This document shows positions 14,019 to 26,865 of a DNA stretch of 57,610 nt, piece after piece. The stretch spans positions 1-57,610 of the forward strand of contig JAUCBJ010004502.1 of assembly GCA_032718475.1 (NCBI GenBank), given 5' to 3'. The stretch is from Nemertoderma westbladi. Lineage: Eukaryota > Animalia > Xenacoelomorpha. The notes under the pieces were generated by a model. The model did not search any database and was not told the origin of the DNA. It saw nothing but the letters and a program-made list of their open reading frames with translations. Numbering within the stretch: the first letter of the stretch is position 1; each line of letters starts with the position of its first letter. A program made the translations under genes and the position numbers.

Positions 14019-14212
14019 TGTAACGGGATCGTGTGACCCCGACCGGTTCTGTTTGAAACAACATCTTTCTCTGTGGCTTACGGCATCCGCCGTTCTCCCA
14101 TTCTGGTTTAAGGTGAGGTTATTATTGGTAGCTTCACCTCTCGACTTATATTGGTAAAACGCCACTCATCCCACTTTGGGTGGATAATGCAAGGGAATTG
14201 AATCCGCTTACA
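14019..14212 (-). repeat. candidate short or partial 5' LTR of element A
   Basis: Inverted termini TGTAACGGGA...TCCGCTTACA just upstream of gag. No second copy in the window. Confidence 0.35.
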
Positions 14213-14224
14213 ATATGTACACGA

Positions 14225-14739
14225 AGTGGGGACTTCGCGCAGCACGAAGTTGGCAGAGTCTTAGCGAATTGACACTGTTAGGGGGTAGGTCAATTTATGC
14301 AAATAGTCACATTGGCCCTCTAGCGGCAGACTGGAGAACTGCAGATGGATTCGCCTCCTTTGAAAGTCACAGCTAATGGTCTAATACATATCTGCCAAGT
14401 TTCGGCTTAAACGGATTAAAAGCAAAGAAATGGGAGGGCATTTAATGTTTAGACATGTGGCCCTCTAGCGGGAGACCATTGCACTGATGGTGTCTGAAAG
14501 TCTCTCAAAAATCTCAACTTTTGCTCATATTGATACCTACAAATTTTCAACTTGGCAGCTTTAAATCCGACGAAGTTATTAGCATGTCAAAATCGTAACG
14601 ACGACGACGACGACGACGACAACGACGACGACGACGACGACAACGACGACGACGACGACGACAACTATTTGCATAAATTGACCCACCCCCTAACAGTGTC
14701 AATTCGCTAAGGCTCCGCCAACTTCGTGGCTCGCCCCAC
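14225..14739. mobile_element. non-autonomous inverted-repeat element (MITE or Helentron/HINE-like)
   Basis: ~65-bp near-perfect inverted repeats at 14243-14307 and 14664-14728, internal (GAC)n microsatellite at ~14598-14662, small hairpin CGAAGT-GGGG-ACTTCG at the left end. Confidence 0.7.
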
Positions 14740-17700
14740 AGGGCCTTTCAATCTCTTTGTACCTGTGTACCTTTTGTTGCCCTGGTTAAACAAACACTAA
14801 GTCTCCAATTTTGTATTTATTGCTATTGTTTGTCACACAGTTTAAGGGTGCTCTATGTTGAGTTATTCCTGGTAGGTCCTTGCAGTTGTTATATTAAACC
14901 AGAATCCCATCTGTCTGGGATCTTTTTTTGACCTGGCTGCCCATGCCTTTACTGTTCTATGTATTCTTTCAACAGCGTTCCCTTTTGGCTATATGCGCAT
15001 GTAAGTGTTAGTTTAACTTCCCATCGATCCAGGAATTTTTAAAATTTGCGACTATTAAACAGTACATTATCCGCTATGATTTCTTCTGGAGGTCCCCATT
15101 CTAGAAATACTGTCTGAAGTTTGGTGATAACGCTTGCAATATTTTTTTTTCCAACCTTATGCCAGATAGTAAAGTTAGTGCAGCAATCCATGATGGTGAA
15201 ATAGCAGCTTTCCTTATGGTCGGTAAAGTCAACAGAAAGGCGCAGCCATACTTCCTCAACCTTGCAGGTTCCCATTTTCATTCGTTTTGGTGCAGGATCT
15301 ATACTTTGACAGTCTACGCAGTGGTTGCAAATTTCTAGAAATACGCTTCTTGTAATATTTGTTTCTTTCAATATTTTGTGTTGTTTACAGTCTTTCTAGC
15401 CGCTCAGACCCTACATGGGCTATTTTATGAATAGTTTTTACTCTATTATAGATTTCTTCCTTATTGATATTGCTGATAGGCTCATTTTCTTCTGTTCCAG
15501 CTGCTAATATTACCTTCTCCTTTTGAGGTTCTGTTACCGTTAGCCATGTTTTGGGGATTCTTGTGAGTTTATTTGCAATGTTTTTTTCTGATGGAACTAA
15601 CTTTATAGTTACGTCGAGATTGTACTCTTCGATAGTTTTCTTCAGTAATTCTAACCGCCTTCTTATTAGCATCTTTGAGAGACCATTAGTCCTTAAGCGT
15701 TTCTCATCATTTAACATTGACCTTACCCAACCATAAACCGTGGCAGAATCTGTATGCAGTTTAATCTTTTGTAGTTTCCATTCCAGGGCCATATTAATAC
15801 CCTGTATAATTGCACTCAGTTCTGCAGAGTTGATGTGTTCTGGGTCACAGTCATTTCGCAGCCATGCACCATCTTCAGCAGTTTTTCCCCCAATTTTTAC
15901 CAGGGCCCCTGTTGCCAAGTTGCTTGCATCTGCCCAAACTTCTCCTTCTGCTACATTCTCGATTGGTCAATCTCCTTTCATTGGATCATTTTGATGAACA
16001 CGTTCTATTGTTTCGATTATTTTTCTATGCCATGATTCATCTACAAGTTCATCCATACCTACTTTCGAAGCCTGTCGCTGTATCCAGCCTGTTGCCACTC
16101 GTAGCCATCCTCCAATTAGGTAGTTTCCTCGTAGTTGTCCCACTACATCCAAGACTTTCCTGTGTGTCAGAGAAGCAGGTATTTCTCTTAGTTTGGGAAT
16201 TTTTGAGTCACGTTGCCATTCCCCATTTGATACAAAAACCCCTAATACTCTTGCTCCGTTTCTAATTTCAGTTTCGATTTTAGATTCAAGACCATATCTT
16301 GCTAAGTGTGCTCTGAGCTCATTTGCTGTAACTCCTGTGTCCAAGTTGAATGTAAATATTGTCTCTGAAACTTTCAGTTGCTTTCCAAATGCATTTTGTC
16401 TTGTTGCAGTGTCACTTCCACTATATTATCTAGAATTTTTGATGCTGGTCCCAACCCGAATCTGAGCCGTGTCATTGCATACCTTTTCCCCTCGAATATC
16501 ACAGTTTGGTAGGTATGCAGTTTTCCAGCCACTCTAACCTGCATGTACGTACAGTATGCCCATTTCAGGTCTATTATTGCTGTATTCCCCCCCATCCGAA
16601 TCCATTTCCTAATCTTTTCTGTGCTTGCTGCTGCCTCTGCCCCTGGTTGTTTAATCAGGTATTGGTTTAATTCGCGAAAGTCCATTATGGGCCGGACTCT
16701 GTCTTTTCGTTATAAGTGGAATAGTCCCATGTAAATTCCACCAACGAACCCTGGTCGATCCATTCTCTAACTGCATTCTCGAATTTGTTTCTTATTTGGG
16801 ATGGAATGTGGTATTCCTGGACTTGATTATTTGTAAGTTTCGCAGGCCTCTCTCCAGATTCGAAGTTGTACTCAACTTCCCATTGTTTACCATTAAATTT
16901 TGTAGTAAAATCGTGTTTTTTTATTTCAAATTCTGGTGGCAAATCTATTTTTTTTTCTTTCTACTATTCTCTCGATTTTTTTTTATTTGGTTCCTTCTCT
17001 TTAACTTTCTCTCCTACACTACACTACTACTAGTACTAGTGGCTACACAAGCTGTTACTTGTTTTTATAGTTTAACAAAGTTTATTTCTAACTGATTGCT
17101 GTTTGTAACTACAAATGATACCCCACCAAGTTTCTTAATTAAATCCCATCCAATAATGAGGTCTATTTCCCCTACAATTCTATTAACAACTGTAAATCCC
17201 CACAAAATCTCAGGATTTCCGTCAATCCGTACTCTTGTTTCAAATTTCGCCCCACTTTCTGTTGTTTGCGTCCCGTCCAGCATCGTTACAGATGTACCAG
17301 TCCCTTGGTTTTTTACCCTCCCTACAACACTGTCTATTAACCCTATTAGTACCGGGCTATAAAATGCTGTACAAATACCGGGGGGGGGGGGGGGTCATAT
17401 TGACCCATCCCTCTATAATCTACAAATATTAACGAAAACGTCTGATTTTTTGTTTGTACGTAGGTATCACTAGTCTGGATCCGACCGAAAAAAAAAAATT
17501 TTCAAAAAAATGTACTGGGGTGGTAATATTGCAGCACCAAAATTACAAGTAGTGCACAATTTTCACACAATTTGAAAGTTACACTTTTCGGCTAATTGTT
17601 TTTCAATACAGGTTTTCTGGGGCGCAAAATACATTGGAAAATATTTAAAAATGATATGATTACCATAAATGCCTGTTTAGTCTTCTATGCGTAGGAAAAA

Positions 17701-20058
17701 AAATGAAAAAAACAAGTAACCAGCACTTTTCAGTTAGAACACAAAATTTTTAATTCACTTATACGATGCTATAAATTCACATTTTCAGGTTTTCGAGGGC
17801 GCTGATTCTAATGGAATAAATTTCAGATATGTCAGATCATTGCTACTTGTATTTTTCGGCGTAATTTGGCAAATTTTGGTGCTAGCACCAAATTTCGTAC
17901 CCATCACCAAAAAGTACAAGTTTGCGATGTCCAGTGCTGTTTTTATTGATTCCATCGGATTCAGGACCCTCATAAACCCGTATAACGCAAGAAACAAGAT
18001 GATACTATCTACTGATCAATTTACTCATTTTCCAAAATTGGTGCAAAACAACAATTTTCACCCACTGGCGAAAAATACAAGTTTGAAAACTCTTATGAAA
18101 TTTTACTGATTCCATTGAATTTAGAACACTAAAAAACCCGTATAACGCAAGAATCAAGATGACACAATAAATTGATATATTTGATGGTTTACAAAATTTG
18201 GTGCTAGCACGACATTTTGCACCCACTTCCGAAAAATACAAATTTGAGATGTCTAGTTCGATAATTATATATTCCATTGAATTCAGAACTACCATAAACC
18301 TCTAAAATGCAAGAAATAAATTGTCACAAGCAATTTTATCTATTGAATGGATTTTCAAAATTTTGTGCTAGCACCAAAATTTGCACACAGCACCGAAAAA
18401 TACAAGTTTGATACGCTTTGTGCAACTCGTATATATTTCATCGAAACCAGAACCCCAAAAAACCCCAATTGCGTAAAAAACAAGCTTCAAACAATCAATT
18501 TACAAAATTGACATATTTCAAAATTGGTGCTGGCACCAAAATTTGTCACCCGCCGAAAAAAACAAGTTTGACATTTCTAAATCAATTTATATGAATTTAA
18601 TCCAATTGCTAACACCAAAAAACCGGTGTAAATAAAAAATAGAGATGCTACAATTGATATTTAATGAAATGTAATTTTCAAAAAAAGTGCCAAAAGTAGT
18701 GTTAAAAAATGGTACTATAACTCGAAAACTACCCAATATTTTTGAAAACGGTTTTCACTACTAGGAAGACAATAGATTTTTAGGAAAAGTCATAAAATTT
18801 CAGATTCCCAACTGCGTTTGTTTCAGAATTATAATAAAAAAACCACGGGAAGGGTCATATTGACCCCCCCCCCCTGGGTTTAATAGTCTTAATGCCATAG
18901 TTTGCTTACCTCCAACAGCAATCTCGATAACCGGTAGATCGCCTATTTGTACACAGGGGAAACGACCACTGGCGCAAAGATCTTATCCCCTCAAGCGTTT
19001 CCCAAACTTGTTGCAGGGGGGGGTTCGAATCTCGGCAACGCAGCCCCTTGCTAGGTGATCGGTTACGCCACAGCGGTAGCATCCTGAGTTCCTATTAGAT
19101 ACCCTGCAGTTTCTTGCAATATGGACTTGCTCATCACATCGAAAACAGGACCGCCTGTTTGGTCCATTATCCCAATTTCGGCTGCGAAATCCCGAATCTT
19201 GGGCTTCGGAAAAGTTTAATCCGCCGCAGCCTCGTCGATTGTATCCATATTCGGTTCTGGGTTGTCGGAACCGTCCACTGATTCCCGCTGCCCCAAACTG
19301 ATCGTCTACCTTTTCGGACTGTCGCTGTTCCTCCCTTTCCGATAGTAGGTGTCGGGCCTGTCCCATCAGCTGCACCAGATCGAGATATCCGGCTAGCGCC
19401 TTAGTTTCCCCTTGAATCTACTCAGGAAGACCACTTACTAGTTGGGAGGCGATCATCGCCTGGGCGCATTCTCCTTCCATATCGTCGGTAATCAGTGCAA
19501 GTACTCTCTTTAAGTCTGCCCCAAAATGTCCACTGCTTCTCCTGTTCTTAATTCCCGTTTTTTGAAACGTTCATACACTGTATATGGATTGATAGCAAAT
19601 GCCGTTATCAGCGTTTTGGAAGTTTCGGTAAGACTCTTCTTTGCTTCGTCTGAGAGTTGATTAATGACTGCGTAGGCTGGCCCTTCTAGAGATAGTCACA
19701 GGTAGGTTGCACGCGGTGCCTCTGTTAGTTTCGATTCCATTTTTAGTACATCATATATATAATTAAATGTTTGTAGCCATGCCTGGGGATCCGTCGTCCC
19801 GTCGTACTTTCTCACGTAGTCCGAAAGTTTCGGAGCCATTAGGATTAGACTTGGGCCCAGTTAGCTTATAAGAATGCAAGTCTCTCTTAATATCAATATT
19901 TTATTACAGTAGCAGTAAGATCAGCATAATATAGCAATAACAGAACACAGCAATATACAGATAGGCCAAATACAATAATCGGACACTGCAATCCCCTTTC
20001 ACCAATCAGTCCATCCGTCATACCCTCTCATTTCTGCCCTACACCTATATCTCCTGCA
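14740..20058 (-). mobile_element. Element G: decayed Ty3/Gypsy-like LTR retrotransposon, 3'-truncated
   Basis: gag (MAPKLSDYVRKYDG at 19839; two CCHC knuckles in 18983-19375), protease ALIDS, RT (DFRELN, IDLKWAY), RNaseH (VWADAS, HINSAEL), integrase (H-H-C-C, LSVDFT, IIADN) in Gypsy order. Candidate 5' LTR ~19867-20058. Confidence 0.85.
17341..18888 (-). mobile_element. piggyBac-like non-autonomous element (MITE), copy 1
   Basis: TTAA at 17337-17340 and 18889-18892, CCCTATTA terminus (other end mutated), subterminal GGGTCA...TGACCC palindromes. Reverse complement of 47010-48561; strand label is relative to that copy. Confidence 0.9.
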
Positions 20059-20774
20059 CTGGTAGGTCCTAATAACTGTAGCTAGTACATTTCTTAGTAT
20101 TTATTCTTTAAAGTGTGTTGGTTACAGTTGTCATACTAATGACAGAATTTTCGAATCCAAATCCGCAGATTTGTAAAGTAAAGAATCTTGCTGGTTATAG
20201 CTGTTAATAGTCTCAAATAAGTACTGGCATTACAGCGCAGTATAGCACAATATCAATAAAGTTCTTGACGACGGTTAAAAACAGTTTGGGCTTCAATCTA
20301 CTAATAGCCAACTAAAGGCACAATTAATAAGGTAACGGTTATATACAATATGGGTTACACATTGCTACCTAAGTTTGGCCTAGCCAATGGATGCGTTGTG
20401 ATTATCAGCAATTATTGGCGATTATTGGCATTATTATTTGTCAAACTCAACTTCCCCTGAGATCGGCTATGCGCCAGCATCTCTCTCTGTGACTGACAAT
20501 AATTATTGCCCTGGTGGTGGTTGGTATCCAATATTGTGCTGACAATATTGGATGGTTAATCATGATTTGTAAATCATGACTTTCCCCATTTTCCACTGGG
20601 TGGTGTAGCGAATTGGATGCGCTTACATGCAGTCAAGAATTAGTAAGACAGGGAGAAGTCAATTGGTGGACATAATTTATTGAAACAAGACCATGATATA
20701 ATAAAAAAGGAAGGCTTGCAAGTCTTCCACCCCTCTTGTTCCCTTAATTTTAGTCCCCACCCAACTGTACCCTG

Positions 20775-22485
20775 AAATCCATTCACTGGAGAATCAATTT
20801 TTCTAAAATTTCAAATCCAAATGGATTGTCTGAATCTGTTAAAAATTGTCTCAAATTGTGAGTTCTAAGTAGAATTCCATTTTCTTATACACACAATTCC
20901 CGCTCCTATGTGATACATAAGGGCATGACCCTTAATGTTCACATACAAAGACAATGGAACTCTACTGCTGTCTTCATTACAGTGAAGGTACAGGTACATT
21001 GACAACTATTTGGTAATCACTAAAATTATTTACTACTACTACTACTACTACTAGGATCGGCATGCTGCATTGCAGCTGCATTTTTAAGAATGCTGTGCCG
21101 GCTTGTCAACAAAATTGCACCGCCACAACTCCCTATCACCCATGACATTTGCTAGATCATCCGCATCTTCAAGGCCAGTGTCGTTTAAGATGCGTCTCAA
21201 GAAAGTCATGGGCTGTCCACCATGCTTATTCACTCCATGAGGCTGCCAAAGTACAAGATTATGCACTGGCTGGTCCTCACGGCGAAAGCAATGTCCTGCA
21301 AAGCGGAGGCGATTTTGTTCTAGTGTCAAGCTTAGGGGAACCAATGAGACACCTCCAATGTTATATAGTGTCTGGTTGGAGATGTGTGCATTGTACTTGA
21401 CACAATGAACCCGGCGTAGCATTCTTGTGAATGTGCCATCCAGAGATTTTGTGTCCTCAGCAGTTAGAGCCCAGCATGGACTCCCGTAGAGGAGTACTGG
21501 AACTACTGCTGCTCTAAATAATCGGACCTTAAGTTTCCGATTAATTCTAGGTGACTTCCAAATCCTGGAAAGCCTATTCAAGGCTGCCCATGCCTTTCCC
21601 TTACGTATTCGAAGGTCCTCACCTGACTTCCGGATCCATGATCCCAGGTAACAGAAGTCGTCCACATGCTCAAGCATACCATCCTTTGAGCTTATGCTCA
21701 TCCGATCAGAGACTTGCTGAGGACTTTCAAAGTTAACTGTCAGAATTTTGGTCTTTCTGGAGTTAATAAAAAGACCAACACTAGAAGCAGCATGTTCTAA
21801 TGAGCTGAGGAGCCGTTGGGCTCCCTCTAATGATTCTGAGAGTACTCCTAAGTCATCAGCAAAGTCTAGATCAGTTAGGTACTTGGCAGGATTTCCTCGA
21901 CTTCTGGAGCCAGTAGGTGGAGTTATCATCACCCCATCATCATTATGATGATCTAAGGACATGCGTAGAACATAGTCAACCACAATAATGAACAAGAATG
22001 GTGCAAGTGTGTCTCCTTGGAGGACGCCCCATAACACTTCAAATGGTTCTGTGTCACCATCAACAGTAGACACAAATGTTGTCGAACCATCGTATACTGA
22101 TCTGATTGCTGCAATAATTTCATCAGGAATCCCATATAATGAAAGTATGCTGAACATACGTGACCGAGAGACTGAATCAAAGGCCTTGAAGAAGAAGAAA
22201 GATTTACTAGATTTACGTGGAGACTTATTATCTCCAGTCTCATTACAAGTCTCTTCAAGAAGTACGAGATGCTGAATCGGTCTGTTTCTAGTACAACAAT
22301 TGTCAATTGTCTGTACAGTCACGGTTCGAATTACTGTATCCAGAGATGGGTATGTATTCAAAATGACACCAGTCATCCAAAACCGTCTCTTTAGATTCAC
22401 TTCAGCGAATAGTACATGATCACCCGGCTTTAAAAAATGGGTGTTACTGTACCATGTAGTTCTGGCAGAAATAGAGGGCAAATAA
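20775..22485 (-). mobile_element. Element E: 3' fragment of a C-family BEL-like element (integrase C-terminus plus 3' UTR), interrupted by a LINE
   Basis: LPSISARTTWYSN...LVLLEETCNETGD is closely similar to ORF 52668-52946. 20775-21027 is the reverse complement of ~52945-53190. Confidence 0.85.
21036..22201 (-). mobile_element. 5'-truncated RTE-like non-LTR retrotransposon (RT C-terminal part)
   Basis: KAFDSV, GVLQGDTLAPFLF, LDFADD, FCYLGS and LLYGS motifs; (TAG)n tail; TSD ATTTACTA at 21028-21035 and 22202-22209. Confidence 0.9.
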
Positions 22486-22699
22486 TTCGCTGGTTGTTGT
22501 TGCTTTGTAGCTATTATGTTGGCAAAAGGCATAGCGAAAGCAGCACCAGCGCTGATGACCTTTGGCTGTCCTGAGGGTAGTTGGGGGAAATTAAGGCAGC
22601 GACGCCCACTGGCCTTCTTATCATATCTCTATATTAATAAACTCTAAACCTCACATATATATGATAATATACTTGAAAGAAGAGGATCTTGTTATTAAT

Positions 22700-24183
22700 A
22701 AGAGATATATTTAATATCTACAAGCGTTTCTCAATAGTCTATTAAGCAGTGATATTAGTGGAGAGACTGTAACGGATGATGGACGCTACGTCAAATCACC
22801 TATGACCAAAGAACAACTCAAGCGTAAATTTGATTATCGAAAGTTCATCTCGCGCTACATTCATCAAAATGATACGTATATGGATTTCCTAACTATTGGA
22901 CACTCTATCGATCTACGAGATACGGACGAACTAGACACATAAGCTGAGATGGTTTTTTTCGATTTCATGCGCAAAGACAACGTTGCAATGAACACCATAA
23001 ACCAATCATGATATCATCTCGAATGCGTTTATTCTGCTTCAGCAGAATTGAATTTTGAATACGTCAGCTCGTGGAGAACCATATTGTGATTGGTGCAGTT
23101 TACAATCTCACGAGTGTTCCCATACGTCCTTTCTTAGACATCTATGCCATATTTGAGAACACCGCACTTTCCGAATGGTTAGACGATGTGTGCAGTTGAG
23201 CAATACGTTCTCAATCCATCATCTTGGCAACTAAGCTTGCTAAATTAGACAAACACAATAAGTTCATTTGGTTGGAATGTTTTAGGCACTTTCTGACTCC
23301 CTTTTGGAATGTTGATAGTCAGTTTAAAGATCGCGCGTTGATCAAACCCAGCTTCCTGGACGCCACCGCTGAGAATCTGGTTAGGGCTTGGTTTGCCATC
23401 TTTAAAGATGTTTACACCTAGAACCCACATTCCTCCATCCTATAACGACCCAAGATACCCTCGCTCGAGATAATCAGTAGTGGAGATTCAAATCGAGAAC
23501 CTGGAGAAAGCTATCGATTCAAGATACGTCTACTTCCTATCTAATTTCATGGAAGAAAGGTGACGTCAATCTGACAAGAAAATTAGTTAGGGGAGAAGCA
23601 TGTCGAGATACTACTCCATTAGGATCTAACAAACTTTGTTCTTATTTCAAAGACCAACCCTTAATAGAGATTTATTGTGCTTATTGTCACATAAATAATG
23701 AGCATATCTTAGTTGTCTGCTATCTTGGTTAATGGGACCAGTTAACGAGAACCTGAATACAGTGAGAGGTTCATTAACGCACACCCAGAATTACAAGAAG
23801 TCCACTGACATCCTTATGAGAACAAGGCGAGGGAACAGGAGTTAGAAAGAACTGTTAAACTCTTCCAATTCCTCACTACTCACGGTCTATCTACAGCAGT
23901 CGTACAGACAACTAACCAGGTACAGGTAAAAGCTGCTGTCCTGACTCGGGCCTTAAAGTTCCCTAGTTCCTTTAGATCCACCAAAAAGGATATCACTATA
24001 ACAGCCCCCTCGATAGAGAGAAGTGAACAACACATGGATATCAATCAACTGGGTACCTTGACCAGAATCCAAATCCTTCTGATGCAATTGTATTGCACCC
24101 TTCCCCAGGAGTTATACCCCTCCTAGTAAACTGGCTCGCGCCAAGGAGATAAGGACTATCTCATGTGTCCAGAAACTCCGTAA
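22700..24183 (+). pseudogene. decayed accessory ORF upstream of the family F 3' LTR, ending in a CCHC knuckle region
   Basis: Long coding-like frames broken by stops and frameshifts; IYCAYCHINNEHILVVC at ~23670-23720; not recognisable as pol. Boundaries approximate. Confidence 0.5.
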
Positions 24184-24287
24184 ACATCGTTCTAGAAAGA
24201 AGGACTGATTGTTTAGAGTAGTTATTATATTAAAAAACTGTGATTTTATGTATATTTTATAGACTAAGTCCCATTACCTGGGAGTGG

Positions 24288-24851
24288 TGATAAAGCTTTT
24301 GCGGACAAAATAAGTCATTTTGTGCAACAACAAAAAAAGGCCAACATTGTTCTAAAGTGTTGGAGGAAGCATAAACTTATTCAACTAAGTGTCTGTCTTA
24401 ACCCAGAATTAACATGACGAAATTTACCAGCTGTTTTTTATGCATAGAGAATATACTATGTTTCAGCCAATCAGCGCGATTTTCACTTTGCGAACTCTTT
24501 GTTGACATATGTAAATGACTCAAAACGGCAAAATTCATTCATTCTGTGATTCTGCACTCCTAATTTCGAACGAGAAACATCAGAGTCATGCGAGAATCAT
24601 AGAACGCAAATCTATTAAACTTTCATAACATTCATACATTTCATACATTTAACATTTGAGACTTTTATACCGGCATAATTCATACTCTTGCGCACTAAAA
24701 TACTGCTGTTGTGCGCTGCTAACACCGTTCACCTTGTACTGTTCTTATACTGTTATTAGTTGTTGTAACATATTGATTAATGTTTATATTTGGATAATAC
24801 AAAGTAGCCTGCCTACCCTTCTCTCTGCAATAGAATCCAGTCTCCCATTCA
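24288..24851 (+). repeat. putative 3' LTR of family F, copy 2
   Basis: GGGAGTGG then TGATAAAGCTTTTGCGGA start and CCAGTCTCCCATTCA end, both matching the termini of 199-1260. Confidence 0.6.
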
Positions 24852-25009
24852 CTGTGATCTCATAAAGATACTATCCATATTTCCCAAAAGTTAAGTGCAG
24901 TTCTAGAATCCTGTAATGAGTGGTTGGTTGATAATAAGCTATCCATTCACTACGGTAAGACTGAAAGTATTTTGTTTGGTTATAAAAGAAAGTTAAAGAA
25001 GGTAACTAA

Positions 25010-26230
25010 GTTTCGTCACCTTCAAGGCAGAATCCCCTAAGTCGATTTTTTTCAATTTTCATGTTTTTGACTTTTTGGGTAATTTGATAGCGGCTTTTTC
25101 GTCTGGCAGAACCCCGAAGCTTTTCAACCAGCCATTTTTGAGTTATAAGCCAAAGACAGTTCCCCGTAACTTATGCCCACTTCGAGGCAGAAACCCACAA
25201 GTCAATAATTGGCTTGCAAAACACCGTAAATTCAAGTATATGATATTCAGTCCACCTGGCAAAACCCCTTAAGGGGGGGGGGGGGGGGGGGGGGGTTATA
25301 CCCCCCTAAGGTAAAATTTTCAAATTATTGTTTCTTTATTTCACCTAGAGCAGAATTTAATGAGGATTACAAATCTGAAAACCGCTTAGTGAGACCTCTT
25401 TAAGTTCTCGAGTTATCGCTGTTTTTCCGTATGACGGTCTGACCGTCAAATTGTAAGAAAGACAGAAGACCGACAGACAGACAGATAGACTAAATTCCAC
25501 CAAAAATTAAAACTGACATTGGAATTCAAATCAGCGACCCCGAAAACCCCAGTAATGAACATTTTAGCTTGTTGGTGTGCATCCTTCGTGCCAGAAATAA
25601 TCAACCAACCAGAACACAGACAGCCAATTTTGGTGGGACGGTTTAAACTTTGAAGGGCATTTTCTCGGAATGACATTTTTCATTTTAAAATTACTACTCC
25701 TCCGTCATTTTTCAACCAATTTTCTTCGTTTATGGCTCATTCGAACGAGCTTTGGAAGCTCTTTAAAAGTTGTCTTATGGAATTTTGATAAATATAACCA
25801 TTTTTCCTAATTAGCCATTTTTAATTAAAAATATGATAATTAATTAATTAAAATAATTAATTAAAATAAAATTGGCTAATTAAAAATTCTATAAGATAAC
25901 TTTTGTAGAGTCGATCACGCTGAGTCCAAAAAAGTTGGTTTCAAGAAATTTGGACCAAAATTGAGGGACTAGTAGCAATTTGAGTGAAATCTTTAATTCC
26001 TCCGCCAGCCGCTAGGGGGAGGCTGCAAATTTTCAAATTTTACTATAAAGGCTATTTGGCCTTCCATACAGAGGTTGACCATTACAAAATAGCAATATTA
26101 TCATTTAACACTAATTGACAGCCATTTTAAAAAAAGATTCATGGGGGGGGTATACCCCCCCTTAAATCAGAAATAACAACCTGTAAAACCCCTTAAATCA
26201 AAAACAATAGCCTGTCAAAACCCCATAATT
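25010..26230. mobile_element. non-autonomous DNA-transposon-like repeat (Helentron/HINE-like)
   Basis: (GACA)n microsatellite at ~25470-25490, TCAGCGACCCCGAAAACCCC motif, GGGGG(T)TATACCCCCC palindromes at ~25290 and ~26145. Boundaries uncertain. Confidence 0.4.
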
Positions 26231-26274
26231 TCTCATTTATATACTGGTTTTATCATTTCATTTCAATTTGTTTC

Positions 26275-26588
26275 ATTAATGAGGGACACAAATATAAATG
26301 AGGGACACAAATATTAATCAGGTACACAAACATTAATGAGGGACACAATCATTAATGAGGGATACAATCATTAATGAGGGACACAAACATTAATGAGGGA
26401 CACAAACATTAATGAGGGACACAAATATTAATCAGGGAAACAAACATTAATGAGGGACACAAACATTAATTAGGGACACAAATATTAATCAGGAACACAA
26501 ACATTAACGAGGGACACACAGTAATCAGGGAGACAAACATTAATGAGGGATACAATCATTAATGAGGGACATAAACATTAATGAGGGT
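26275..26588. repeat. 19-bp minisatellite (ATTAATGAGGGACACAAAC), about 16 copies
   Basis: Directly visible tandem array. Confidence 0.95.
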
Positions 26589-26716
26589 ATATAATTATAT
26601 CCTCATAAATGCCGTGGATTTTCAAAATTTTATTTTGTTCGAATAAACTTGATATAAAGATTACATTAAGTTCTCATTTGTATTTACCATAGCTTATTGT
26701 ACGACATTATTCAAGT

Positions 26717-26800
26717 GGTTCAGTAGCTCAGTCGGTTAAGCGTTGGAAATTTGTCTAGTAGGTATAGAGTTCAAATCCTAGCAGGTGCAAATTGTTTTTT
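26717..26800 (+). promoter_or_regulatory. tRNA-derived Pol III module at the head of element C
   Basis: A box TAGCTCAGTCGG (26724-26735), B box AGTTCAAATCC (26768-26778), T-run at ~26795. Acceptor and anticodon stems do not pair. Confidence 0.65.
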
Positions 26801-26865
26801 GTGCTGAATTTCATCTAATTTAAATTGACCGCTACAGTTTAATTGCATGCACTTAGGTAGATTAA

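Larger units (their letters stand above)
4673..14212 (-). mobile_element. Element A: decayed BEL/Pao LTR retrotransposon with accessory exonuclease ORF3
   Basis: Minus-strand order gag, protease, RT, (deleted RNaseH), integrase, tandem repeat, ORF3. 3' LTR not found; left boundary approximate. Confidence 0.85.

Noticed and set aside
14178-14206. tRNA-Ala-like PBS (GTGGATAATGCAAGGG)
   Set aside because: Wrong strand for element A and only a partial match.
22524-22566. Hammerhead motifs CGAAA...CTGATGA
   Set aside because: Only 12 nt separate the motifs, too few for stems I and III.
26611-26634. Possible TIR of element C pairing with 53224-53245 (GGATTTTCAAA / TTTGAAAATCC)
   Set aside because: Short, imperfect and AT-rich, a motif common in MITE-like repeats; no TSD.
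26717-26790. Functional tRNA genes here and at 53318-53390
   Set aside because: A and B boxes are present but the acceptor and anticodon stems do not pair; kept only as tRNA-derived modules.
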